Assembly (NCBI GenBank): GCA_002269645.1
Contig: NIVC01000153.1
Span: forward strand, 143,088 to 207,087
DNA: 64,000 nucleotides
Reading direction: 5' to 3'
Source of the DNA: Macrostomum lignano
Lineage: Eukaryota
Shown here: positions 1 to 10,629 of the stretch, piece by piece
How the letters are laid out: every line of letters begins with the position of its first letter
Numbering within the stretch: position 1 is the first letter of the stretch
The notes under the pieces: model-generated
What the model was told of the DNA's origin: nothing
Database searches by the model: none
The model's input: the letters and a program-made list of their open reading frames with translations, nothing else
Position numbers and translations under genes: made by a program

Positions 1-82
1 AGTCCAATAGATTTTGTAAGTATTCAATTCACTGGGTACACTATGAAATTGGTAAATGCTTATAGCAGTGTGTTCATATTTC

Positions 83-235
83 GGTCACATTTCTTTACCA
101 TATGGTCACATTCCTAATCTTAAGGTCACATTTCTAACCTTATGATCAGGTCACATTTTTCAACCATAAGGTTACATTTCTAAACCTTACGGTGTAAAAT
201 TTCTAAGCTTTTGGTCGTTTTTCTAAACCCTACGT
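83..235. repeat. Degenerate ~20-bp tandem repeat (GGTCACATTT core)
   Basis: Several diverged GGTCACATTT(T)CT..CC units. Confidence 0.6.
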
Positions 236-359
236 ACTCATATTCCCAATATTACAGGCACATTTTTCTACTTACAGTAGTTTTATATATTTTTTTCGTT
301 AGATACTACTTTTTTAAATGAGTAGCTTTAAACGCGTTTATGTTTCGCTCCTTGACTAA

Positions 360-1208
360 ATGGAAGAATTAGCCAATTTTATTAATTGCGTTGGCTGCAA
401 CAGATCGCACGCTGATTGGCTGATAATTGACTGTCTGCACTCTGTCTGCCAGTGCTGCGTGGCCAGGCAGCACTATAAGAATCGGCAGCTCGATCAGCTT
501 GTCTTATCTGACGAATTAGATAAGATACAATTAACCAAACAGCTGATGCTTGACCAGCCTATCGAGTGTCCCAGCTGTCAGAGGCCTGTTAGCGCCGGTC
601 AAGCCTGTGAGAATTTCCTGTTGCTTTTGGCTGGCCCGCCTGCGCAGCGGTTTTGCAACCAGGAGGTCTGCATACAGGTTAACACGCACGCGGAGGCTGA
701 GCCTGCTGTAGAGTTCTGCCTCGGCTGCGACAGATATAACTGCTACGTATATCAGACTGGGCATCTGTGCATGCCGGATTTGTCAGCTAATAGTCACATC
801 ACCCTGCCAGTGAATCGGCCTCCGCTAGACGATTGGGACGGCCCGGCCTGCCAGCATTCGGCTACTCAGCGTTGGCCAATCCAGCGGCTCTGTCTGCGCT
901 GCGATTCTCTGCTGTGCGAGGATTGCGCCAACTATGAGCACGACCGATCGCACGCTGACAGGATTGTACTGGTGACCGAGCCGGCCGCTTGGGCCAGACT
1001 GCTGGCTAGGCTCAGAGCAGTTGGAGATCTCACTGCCAATCAGGTTCGCGAACTGAAAACCGGCTGTAGTCAGGCGCAATCAGCTATTGGAGGCTTGGAT
1101 GCCAATTTTAAACAGGCGGTGGATCAGTGGCAGGATATGAAGACGGTTATTTCCTCCGATTACTTTTTGAAGGCAAGCGACCAGCTGAGGACGGAGCTGT
1201 ATAAGGCC
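360..1208 (+). CDS. TRIM (RBCC)-PHD protein, TIF1/Bonus-like, exon 1 (RING, B-box1, B-box2, start of coiled coil)
   Basis: ATG 360. C3HC4 RING CVGC..CLHSVCQCC..CPSC. B-box1-like CNQEVC..CLGC..C..H..H. B-box2 CQH..CLRCDSLLCEDC..H..H. Donor GCC|GTGAGT at 1209, phase 0. Confidence 0.85.
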
Positions 1209-1239
1209 GTGAGTTACACAAGGGCGCTTGAAGACCAAC

Positions 1240-2940
1240 ATTTCTGCCTGACCAACCTCCACAGTTCTGACTAACAACCCCCCACAGTTCTGCCTAACAA
1301 CCCCCCCACAGTTCTGCCTGACCAACCCACCTCCACAGTTCTGCCTAACAACCCCCCACAGTTCTGCCTAACAACCCCCCCCACAGTTCTGCCCTAACAA
1401 CCCCCACAGTTCTGCCTAACAACCCCCCACAGTTCTGCCCTAACAACCCCCCACAGTTCTGCCTAACAACCCCCCCACAGTTCTGCCTGACCAACCCACC
1501 TCCACAGTTCTGCCTAACAACCCCCCCACAGTTCTGCCTGACCAACCCACCTCCACAGTTCTGCCTAACAACCCCCCACAGTTCTGCCTAACAACCCCCC
1601 ACAGTTCTGCCTGACCAACCTCCCCCACAGTTCTGCCTAACAACCCCCCCCCACAGTTCTGCCTAACAACCCCCCACAGTTCTGCCTAACAACCCCCCAC
1701 AGTTCTGCCTAACAACCCCCCCCACAGTTCTGCCTAACAACCCCCCCACAGTTCTGCCTGACCAACCTCCCCACAGTTCTGCCTAACAACCCCCCACAGT
1801 TCTGCCTAACAACCCCCACAGTTCTGCCTGACCAACCTCCCCCACAGTTCTGCCTAACAACCCCCCACAGTTCTGCCTAACAACCCCCCCCACAGTTCTG
1901 CCTAACAACCCCCCACAGTTCTGCCTAACAACCCCCCCCCACAGTTCTGCCTAACAACCCCCCCACAGTTCTGCCTAACAACCCCCCCCACAGTTCTGCC
2001 TAACAACCCCCCCACAGTTCTGCCTAACAACCCCCCCCCACAGTTCTGCCTAACAACCCCCCCCCACAGTTCTGCCTAACAACCCCCCCACAGTTCTGCC
2101 TAACAACCCCCCACAGTTCTGCCTAACAACCCCCCCCCACAGTTCTGCCTGACCAACCTCCCCACAGTTCTGCCTAACAACCCCCCACAGTTCTGCCTAA
2201 CAACCCCCCCCACAGTTCTGCCTGACCAACCTCCCCACAGTTCTGCCTGACCAACCTCCCCACAGTTCTGCCTAACAACCCCCCCCACAGTTCTGCCTAA
2301 CAACCCCCCACAGTTCTGCCTAACAACCCCCACAGTTCTGCCTAACAACCCCCCACAGTTCTGCCTAACAACCCCCCCACAGTTCTGCCTAACAACCCCC
2401 CCCACAGTTCTGCCTAACAACCCCCCACAGTTCTGCCTAACAACCCCCCCCCCCCACAGTTCTGCCTGACCAACCCACCTCCACAGTTCTGCCTAACAAC
2501 CCCCCCACAGTTCTGCCTAACAACCCCCCCACAGTTCTGCCTGACCAACCCCCCCCCCACAGTTCTGCCTAACAACCCCCCCCACAGTTCTGCCTGACCA
2601 ACCCCCCCCCACAGTTCTGCCTGACCAACCCCCCCCCACAGTTCTGCCTGACCAACCTCCCCACAGTTCTGCCTAACAACCCCCACAGTTCTGCCTGACC
2701 AACCTCCCCACAGTTCTGCCTAACAACCCCCCACAGTTCTGCCTGACCAACCTCCCCACAGTTCTGCCTAACAACCCCCCACAGTTCTGCCTAACAACCC
2801 CCCACAGTTCTGCCTGACCAACCTCCCACAGTTCTGCCTGACCAACCTCCCCACAGTTCTGCCTAACAACCCCCCACAGTTCTGCCTAACAACCCCCCAC
2901 AGTTCTGCCTAACAACCCCCCCCCACAGTTCTGCCTAACA
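1240..2940. repeat. Minisatellite CACAGTTCTGCCTAACAA(C)n, ~23-30 bp, TRIM intron 1
   Basis: Direct inspection; variable C-run and a GACCAACC variant. Confidence 0.97.
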
Positions 2941-3017
2941 AACCTTGTCCATCCAATGTACAAATGCATGCAATTTTTTCACTCCACCTCATTTCTCCCT
3001 ACTATTGCGTACCGCAG

Positions 3018-3444
3018 TTCACAGACGAGAAACTCAAGCTGAGTCAATCGGACGAAACCCAATGCGATCAGGCGCTACGCTGCGGTCGCCTTGCCGACCT
3101 ATTCGACGCTGTACTAGCAGAGGCTCGGGAGTCGCTTTCGCGCCCAGTCGGCTCCTCTGTCGGTGACAGCGGTAGCGGCGGTGCATTTCCGCCGCCTGCT
3201 TCGGCCGAGGCGGTCACCTTGGCGCTGCGCTACTGCCTGACGGAGCTGGACGACACCGGCTTGGGCGGCGGCGCCGGCACCGGAGGTTCCGTCGAGACCG
3301 CCGGCAGCGATGATAATGCAGAAGATTGCGTAGTAGATGTCAGTTCAACTCTGGACGGTGCCAGACTGAAATTTGACGAGACTGCCTGCCGGATTGAGTT
3401 GAAAAAATGGTCGACTATCACAACTTATGATCTGGATGATGATG
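3018..3444 (+). CDS. TRIM-PHD protein exon 2 (coiled coil and linker)
   Basis: Acceptor CCGCAG|TTC at 3017/3018 is in phase 0 with exon 1 (FTDEKLKL...). GC-rich coding-like sequence. Donor G|GTGAGT at 3445, phase 1. Confidence 0.75.
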
Positions 3445-3537
3445 GTGAGTTGTGTCGTCGGATCGATTGCTTTTACAGTCTATTTAATATTATTAATGTT
3501 GTTTACTATCTTAAAGTATATTCTAAGTCAAAACTTT

Positions 3538-4725
3538 GTTTGGAATCTTGTCGGATATAGGTCATTTTGATACTATAGAATCTTGTCAGATATAGGTCAT
3601 TTTGATACTATAGAATCTTGTCGGATATAGGTCATTTTGATACTATAGAATCTTGTCAGATATAGGTCATTTTGATACTATAGAATCTTGTCGGATATAG
3701 GTCATTTTGATACTATAGAATCTTGTCAGATATGGGTCATTTTGAAATTAGTATCTTGTCAGATATGCGCCATTTTGATACTAGAATCTTGTCAGATATG
3801 GGTCATTTTGATATTAGTATCTTGTCAGATATGCGCCATTTTGATACTAGAATCTTGTCAGATATGGGTCATTTTGATACTATAGAATCTTGTCAGATAT
3901 GGGTCATTTTGAAGTTAGTATCTTGTCAGATATGCGTCATTTTGATACTAGAATCTTGTCAGATATGGGTCATTTTGAAATTAGTATCTTGTCAGATATG
4001 CGCCATTTTGATACTAGAATCTTGTCAGATATGGGTCATTTTGATACTAGAATCTTGTCAGATATGGGTCATTTTGATACTATAATCTTGTCAGATATGG
4101 GTCATTTTGATACTATAGAATCTTGTCAGATATGGGTCATTTTGAAGTTAGTATCTTGTCAGATATGCGTCATTTTGATACTAGAATCTTGTCAGATTTG
4201 GGTAATTTTGGTAATAAAATCTTGTCAGATATGGGTCATTTTGATATTAGAATCTTGTCAGATATGGGTCATTTTGATATTAGTATCTTGTCAGATATGG
4301 GTCATTTTGATACTAGAATCTTGTCAGATATGGGTCATTTTGATACTAGAATCTTGTCAGATATGGGTCATTTTGATACTATAATCTTGTCAGATATGGG
4401 TCATTTTGATACTATAGAATCTTGTCAGATATGGGTCATTTTGAAGTTAGTATCTTGTCAGATATGCGTCATTTTGATACTAGAATCTTGTCAGATTTGG
4501 GTAATTTTGGTAATAAAATCTTGTCAGATATGGGTCATTTTGATATTAGAATCTTGTCAGATATGGGTCATTTTGATACTAGAATCTTGTCAGATATGGG
4601 TCATTTTGATACTATAGAATCTTGTCAGATATGGGTCATTTTAACACTAGAATCTTGTCAGATATGGGTCATTTTGATACTAGAATCTTGTCAGATATGG
4701 GTCATTTTGATACTAGAATTTTTTC
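3538..4725. repeat. Minisatellite AGAATCTTGTCAGATATGGGTCATTTTGATACT, ~33-37 bp, TRIM intron 2
   Basis: Direct inspection; several interspersed variants. Confidence 0.97.
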
Positions 4726-4832
4726 AGATTTAGATGGTTGCAATCTTGCCTCATATAACAGACACGAACGCCAATCAACCGGAATCTGCTGACCCACTGA
4801 CTCCGCCGCCGCTGCCTCGGTGCCTCAGTCAG

Positions 4833-5242
4833 TCCCCGTCACGCAGCAGCCCTGCGCCATCTGCGGCTCCTCGGGCGATGACGCAAGCGGCCGCAAACTT
4901 TTTGTTTGCTCAGCCTGCCAGCTGCCGCTGCACGCGGCCTGTCAGCCATTGTTTAACGACAGCTGCGCAGACTCCAGCGGACTTTGCGTTCTATGCGACA
5001 TTAACAATGAGTCACCTGATGTTGAGTCCGGCAAGGTGCGCCGAGTCTTGGCCTGGTTGTTATTAGCTAGGCCGCATCCGCGCCTCACAAAGCTCGCCCA
5101 GCGCATTGCCAAGGCCGCCCGGCCAATCGGACTGGCCGGCCTGTCCGAGGAGATTCGATTAGCGCTGGCTAAGCTGCACGATCCGACCCGGTCCGCTCAG
5201 CTGTGCGCCCAGCTCAAACAGCTCGGGGTGGCCACCGCCTAG
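4833..5242 (+). CDS. TRIM-PHD protein exon 3 (PHD finger plus short helical C-terminus)
   Basis: C4HC3 PHD CAIC..CSAC..HAAC..CVLC. Acceptor TCAG|TC at 4832/4833 gives the required phase 1, with CTGAC branch-like motif ~4797. Stop TAG 5240-5242. Joined CDS 1686 nt, 561 aa. Exact acceptor is inferred. Confidence 0.75.
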
Positions 5243-5369
5243 ATTTGTAACTCCGGTTTATGACCCATGTGTGTGTACTTGCGCTAATTCTAACAAGACT
5301 TTATTCATACTTTAGCAATCGATTTCATAGTTGGAATGAATTAACACATTAAAAATAAGGCTTCACAAT

Positions 5370-6090
5370 CGATAGTTTGTCTATGGTACAAATGTCGATG
5401 ATATTTTAGGCTTCTCATTCAATAGTTTGTCTATGGTACAAATGTCGATGATATTTTAGGCTTCTCATTCGGTAGTTTGTCTATGGTACAAATGTCGATG
5501 ATATTGTAGGCTTCTCATTCAATAGTTTGTCTATGGTACAAATATCGATGATATTGTAGACTTCTCATTCAATAGTTTGTCTATGGTACAAATGTCGATG
5601 ATATTGTAGGCTTCTCATTCAATAGTTTGTCTATGGTACAAATGTCGATGATATTTTAGGCTTCTCATTCAATAGTTTGTCTATGGTACAAATGTCGATG
5701 ATATTGTAGGCTTCTCATTCAATAGTTTGTCTATGGTACAAATATCGATGATATTGTAGACTTCTCATTCAATAGTTTGTCTATGGTACAAATGTCGATG
5801 ATATTGTAGGCTTCTCATTCAATAGTTTGTCTATGGTACAAATGTCGATGATATTGTAGGCTTCTCATTCGATAGTTTGTCTATGGTACAAATGTCGATG
5901 ATATTGTAGGCTTCTCATTCAATAGTTTGTCTATGGTACAAATGTCGATGATATTGTGGGCTTCTCATTCGATAGTTTGTCTATGGTACAAATGTCGATG
6001 ATATTGTAGGCTTCTCATTCGGTAGTTTGTCTATGGTACAAATTTCGATGATATTGTAGGCTTCTCATTCGATAGTTTGTCTATGGTAGT
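5370..6090. repeat. 50-bp minisatellite AATAGTTTGTCTATGGTACAAATGTCGATGATATTGTAGGCTTCTCATTC
   Basis: About 14 near-identical units between TRIM and IMP3. Confidence 0.97.
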
Positions 6091-6535
6091 TGCAAATATT
6101 GTTTCTGATGTTCGAACAAATTGTTTAAGCAAATTATGCTCAGTATATCGGTTAGAAGTTTTGCATTTTAGTAGCATAAATATTATCCATTTTACTTATT
6201 TAAATACGTCAACTAAGTCCTTATCCTACTGTAAGTAGTACTTGAAAACGTGTGTATTCAGAACTGTAACTTAACAAAACATTTACCTAGGATTCGAATG
6301 TAAAAAAACCAGTTAGTTGGTTTTGAGTTTTAATTTTCAAAAGTAATTGGACTTTATATATTTTTATTTCCTCATTTATGCCTTTTTGTCTTGCAATAAA
6401 GTTCATTAACTAATTTTGGTCGAAATACACGCTAAAATGTTTGTTTGTTTCTTAAGTATTGACTTCTTTCTGTTTATTTGAATCTTTTTTGTATTTATAA
6501 ATAAGCCAAGGCTTCATCCGCACTACTCACAGTAT

Positions 6536-6554
6536 TATTAATTGCATCTTCCAG
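6536..6554 (+). promoter_or_regulatory. 3' splice acceptor 7 nt upstream of the IMP3 ATG (cis 5' UTR intron or trans-splice acceptor)
   Basis: TATTAAT..TGCATCTTCCAG|CCCAACCATG, preceded by T-rich sequence. Confidence 0.45.
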
Positions 6555-6561
6555 CCCAACC

Positions 6562-7110
6562 ATGCGCAAGCTACGCTTTCACGAGAAGAAACTATTAAAA
6601 AAAGTCGACCTAGTTAATTGGTCGTCCGATCACAATTTGCGCGAAGTGAAAATGATGCGAAAATATCGTTTAAAATCGCGCGAAGAGCTCACTCTGTATA
6701 ACAAATTGTCGCGCGAGGTTCGCGATATTGCTAGGAAAATTCGTGACTTACCAGAATCTGATGCGTTTCGAGAGGAAGCCACCCGACTGTTGCTGGGCCG
6801 GTTGCACGCGCTTGGCATTGTGCCAACTAGGCGGAACCTGCTTCTGGCCGACAAAGTCACCACCACCACGTTCTGCCGGCGCCGCCTATCAGCCGTGATG
6901 GTCCGGTGTCACATGGCCGAGACTGTGAAAGCTGCCGTCACTTTTGTTGAGGCCGGTCACGTTCGGGTTGGTCCGCAGGTGGTCACCGATCCGGGATTTC
7001 TGGTGTCACGCTCGATGGAGGACTATGTTACCTGGACTAATCAGTCAGCGATTCGGCGGCGCGTGCTCGAGTACAATGAGGCTATGGACGATTACGACTT
7101 TAGGAATTAG
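6562..7110 (+). CDS. IMP3: U3 snoRNP protein IMP3 (S4-domain, SSU processome), intronless
   Basis: 182 aa. N-terminus MRKLRFHEKKLLKKVD. S4 region FCRRRLSAVM..VEAGHVRVGPQVVTDPGFLVSRSMEDYVTW and C-terminal YNEAMDDYD match IMP3 family as recalled. Confidence 0.96.
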   Translation: MRKLRFHEKKLLKKVDLVNWSSDHNLREVKMMRKYRLKSREELTLYNKLSREVRDIARKIRDLPESDAFREEATRLLLGRLHALGIVPTRRNLLLADKVTTTTFCRRRLSAVMVRCHMAETVKAAVTFVEAGHVRVGPQVVTDPGFLVSRSMEDYVTWTNQSAIRRRVLEYNEAMDDYDFRN

Positions 7111-7489
7111 GCTGTGTTCCACAATTGACGGTATATAATTACCGATTATCAGTGGAGGCATACCTGATGCTAATTAGGCTACTGGCAATTATCAGTGAAA
7201 GACTTTTATCACGTTTAAAATCAGAATCGTGTCAGTACTATATGCTCGTAATTGTAAACTTCACCTAAATATAATTGAACTTAGGCATTTTTGTACCTGT
7301 TTACTAATGCTGCTGTTTTCAAGCTTTCTGGATGTAATAAATTATGTAATGTACATTTTTATGGCACAGTGGCAAACATTGTGCATCTGCCATAATTGAT
7401 TATTGATACTCTATTGGATTTTTTTATTTGGCTATTTCATTAAAGCTTTCATAAACAAAGTTACTATTCAGGGTATAAAGTGGCTCAAT

Positions 7490-8030
7490 ACCCACTAGAT
7501 CAATCGAGACCTGTATTACCCACTGAATCGAGACCTGTATAACCCACTGAATCGAGACCTGTATAACCCACTGAATCGAGACCTGTATAACCCACTGAAT
7601 CGAGACCTGTATAACCCACTGAATCGAGACCTGTATAACCCACTGAATCGAGACCTGTATAACCCACTGAATCGAGACCTGTATAACCCACTGAATCGAG
7701 TCCTATATGACCCACTGAATCGAGTCCTATATGACCCACTGAATCGAGTCCTATATGACCCACTGAATCGAGTCCTATATGACCCACTGAATCGAGTCCT
7801 ATATGACCCACTGAATCGAGTCCTATATGACCCACTGAATCAAGTCCTATATGACCCACTGAATCGAGTCCTATATGACCCACTGAATCGAGTCCTATAT
7901 GACCCACTGAATCGAGTCCTATATGACCCACTGAATCGAGTCCTATATGACCCACTGAATCGAGTCCTATATGACCCACTGAATCGAGTCCTATATGACC
8001 CACTGAATCGAGTCCTATATGACCCACTCT
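7490..8030. repeat. 24-bp minisatellite (A/G)ACCCACTGAATCGAG(A/T)CCT(G/A)TAT
   Basis: Two homogeneous variant blocks switching at ~7700; explains ORF 7500-8120. Confidence 0.97.
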
Positions 8031-8166
8031 ATGCTCATATAGCGTAGCATACAGTGGGTACCCACTGCTGCCTTCCACCCCATAAAGCTCATAGTCAAGT
8101 GTAATAAAAGTACGTGCCAACCTTCAGGATCGTCAGCAGCGCAGATTGAAACGAGCGCAGCAGCAA

Positions 8167-8458
8167 ATGCGCGGCGCTTTCGACGAAGTTTGGCGACAAT
8201 TGGCGGACTATCTGGATCCGCTGATGCGCGAGACTGGCGACGCCCTGCTGCTACGTCGGCTGCGTCGGCACTACGACCAGGCAGCCGCGGCCGCCTCGGC
8301 CAAGTCGCGCGGGTCCGCTTTCTGCCCAGAATCGGCCAGAGAGCTGGTCGATCAGCTGATTGTTGATGCCAACCGGCAGAGCGGCAATCTGTATCGGCTG
8401 GTCGCGATTTTAGATGCCAAGCTGGAAGAGTTGGCGGCAGCGGAGGCCGTTAGCAGCA
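8167..8458 (+). CDS. DAXX: DAXX homologue exon 1 (DAXX helical bundle)
   Basis: Acceptor CCTTCAG|GAT at 8127/8128 and in-frame ATG 8167. AFDEVWRQL..LLRRLRRHY..DANRQSGNLYRLVAILDAKLE resembles the DAXX N-terminal helical bundle. Phase-1 donor at 8459 (GTGCGA) or 8474 (GTAATC); boundary uncertain. Confidence 0.6.
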
Positions 8459-9074
8459 GTGCGACAGACCTGTGTAATCCTTATAATATGTTGTTTAATG
8501 CAGTTACGCATCACTGACGACATCGTCCCACAACCAGCGCACTGAAGCAGTTACGCCCATTCCGCTGACTCCTGAACACACAAGCGCGCCAATACTGTAC
8601 GCAGACACGCTCACACAGGGTGTACAGCGGTCCTGACTTTCTAATCCTTTGGGTTTGGCCCTCATGGGTTATGAATCGCACAACAACCGCCTGGCCAATT
8701 TTCGTACACAAGCCGCAGATGAATGTGTTTGTGCACGGAATCGCATCGGGGGTCTGTGGTGCGCGAGCCAGACGCGTTTACCGCTGAGCTGTTCTGGCCC
8801 CTGTCACTGCTGGTAGCTTTGAAATGCATCTAAGCAAGGCACGATTTTTTAGGTCCTAGGTTTGAATTTGCCTGGGGCTTGTCGTGCGATCTCGTGACAC
8901 ATGATCGGGGCGAACCCCCAAAGGCTTAAAAGGTTTAAAAAGTATTTAAGTCTTTAAAGTTGTAACAATCGCCTCTGGCTTTCTACAAGCAGATCCATTA
9001 AGTTAGCATCTTCATCATCGTGTGCATAGCAAGCAAAAGAGAAAACGGGAAACAGTTGGGCTTTCCTCTTGCCC

Positions 9075-9560
9075 GTTTTCGTCCGTCTGACTTTGACCTC
9101 TCTCCTTACTGCTCTCTCATTGGCTGAGCCAGCTTGGGGCCAGGCTGAGTTTCGTCCGTCTGACTTTGACCTCTCTCCTTACTGCTCTCTCATTGGCTGA
9201 GCCAGCTTGGGGCCAGGCTGAGTTTCGTCCGTCTGACTTTGACCTCTCTCCTTACTGCTCTCTCATTGGCTGAGCCAGCTTGGGGCCAGGCTGAGTTTCG
9301 TCCGTCTGACTTTGACCTCTCTCCTTACTGCTCTCTCATTGGCTGAGCCAGCTTGGGCCTGCCCCTAGGCTGAGTTTCGTCCGTCTGACCTTGACCTCTC
9401 CTTACTGCTCTCTCATTGGCTGAGCCAGCTTGGGCCTGCCCCTAGGCTGAGTTTCGTCCGTCTGACCTTGACCTCTCCTTACTGCTCTCTCATTGGCTGA
9501 GCCAGCTTGGGCCTGCCCCTAGGCTGAGTTTCGTCCGTCTGACTTTGACCTCTCTCCTAA
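9075..9560. repeat. 73-76-bp tandem repeat, DAXX intron 1
   Basis: TTCGTCC recurs at 9078, 9151, 9224, 9297 and onward; each full unit has CATTGGCTGA. Confidence 0.95.
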
Positions 9561-9845
9561 GATTGAGTGTGCTTCCCCCCACCTCAGGCTGTCTTACATT
9601 CACTTGTATACATCGCGTTAAATTCTTGTTGTTCATTCTTAACCCCGTACGAGTATGTTCCTGAGGCCGCAAACCCCGACCCCGAGGAAGGAAAGAAATG
9701 TTTGCTGCCATTTAAGTGACACTGCGCAGACAAACTACAAAGAGTAGACGCTCTAATTTTTCACAACTTTGATTGTGAGTGACGCATTTAGTGACTCTTG
9801 TTTCTGTGATATAAAGATCAAACTGATTTGCTTTCTTTAATTCAG

Positions 9846-10530
9846 GCGGTGAGCTGGAAGCTGCAGCTGACGATAGTGAGTCTGACCATTCACCGCCACC
9901 GGCCAAGACACCTTCGCCGCAGCGACAGCCTCGTCGGGTTGTGCCATCGCGATTATCATCGCTGGTGCCAACGTCGACGTCAGCAGCGACTTCCTCAGCA
10001 GCCGCTCCAGCGGTGTCGGCCAGCGACTTTAACAACGTTGGCGCCAACAACGGCGACGACAATCTGGCTGAGCCGGCCAGGTCGATGGCGCGCACCCTGC
10101 AAGACTGCCTGGCCCGTCTGCTGGCCAAGATTCGCCGGCTAGAGCGACAGGAGCTCAGCCTGGACGATCTGGACAACTCTGACAGCGCCTATTTACGCGC
10201 CGAACGACTTCAACGACAGGCCTGCGATGTGTACAGGCGACTGTGCCGGGTGCGCAACGCTCCCAGCGTTGACCAGTTCAACTACAGATGTCATCATCAC
10301 CCACAGATTGGCCTGCTAATCTGTCGCTACGTCAATCGACGTGGCCGATTCCCCGACATGCACAAAGTGTCTAAAGTTGTTGCCTGGGTTAACCAACGGT
10401 TCAGGCTGGGCTGGTCGAAGCCTCTGGTGGCGCAGAAATCCGAGCAGATATTTCGAGATGTTGGCGAACGGCTGCAGCAGCGGCGATGGCGCCAGCTGAG
10501 ACAGAATCTGGGACTGGACGAGATGGACGG
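9846..10530 (+). CDS. DAXX: DAXX homologue exon 2 (histone H3.3/H4-binding domain)
   Basis: Acceptor TTCAG|GC at 9845/9846, phase 1. KIRRLERQELSLDDLDNSDSAYLRAERLQRQ..VYRRLC, YVNRRGRFPDMHKV and AQKSEQIFRDVGERLQQRRWRQL match the DAXX histone-binding domain. Donor GG|GTGAGC at 10531, phase 2. Confidence 0.88.
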
Positions 10531-10629
10531 GTGAGCGCCATTTTGTGGAGTAGCGATGGACTGTTGTGATGGAGCACGGTATTGATTCTGATCATCTTTT
10601 TTCTATTCACTGATTTCCCTAATCAACAC

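Noticed and set aside
4762-4832. Alternative TRIM exon 3 acceptor at 4761/4762
   Set aside because: In phase 1 it enters the non-PHD frame (ORF 4734-5066); the PHD frame has a stop at 4790. 4833 is preferred, though this site could give a PHD-less isoform.
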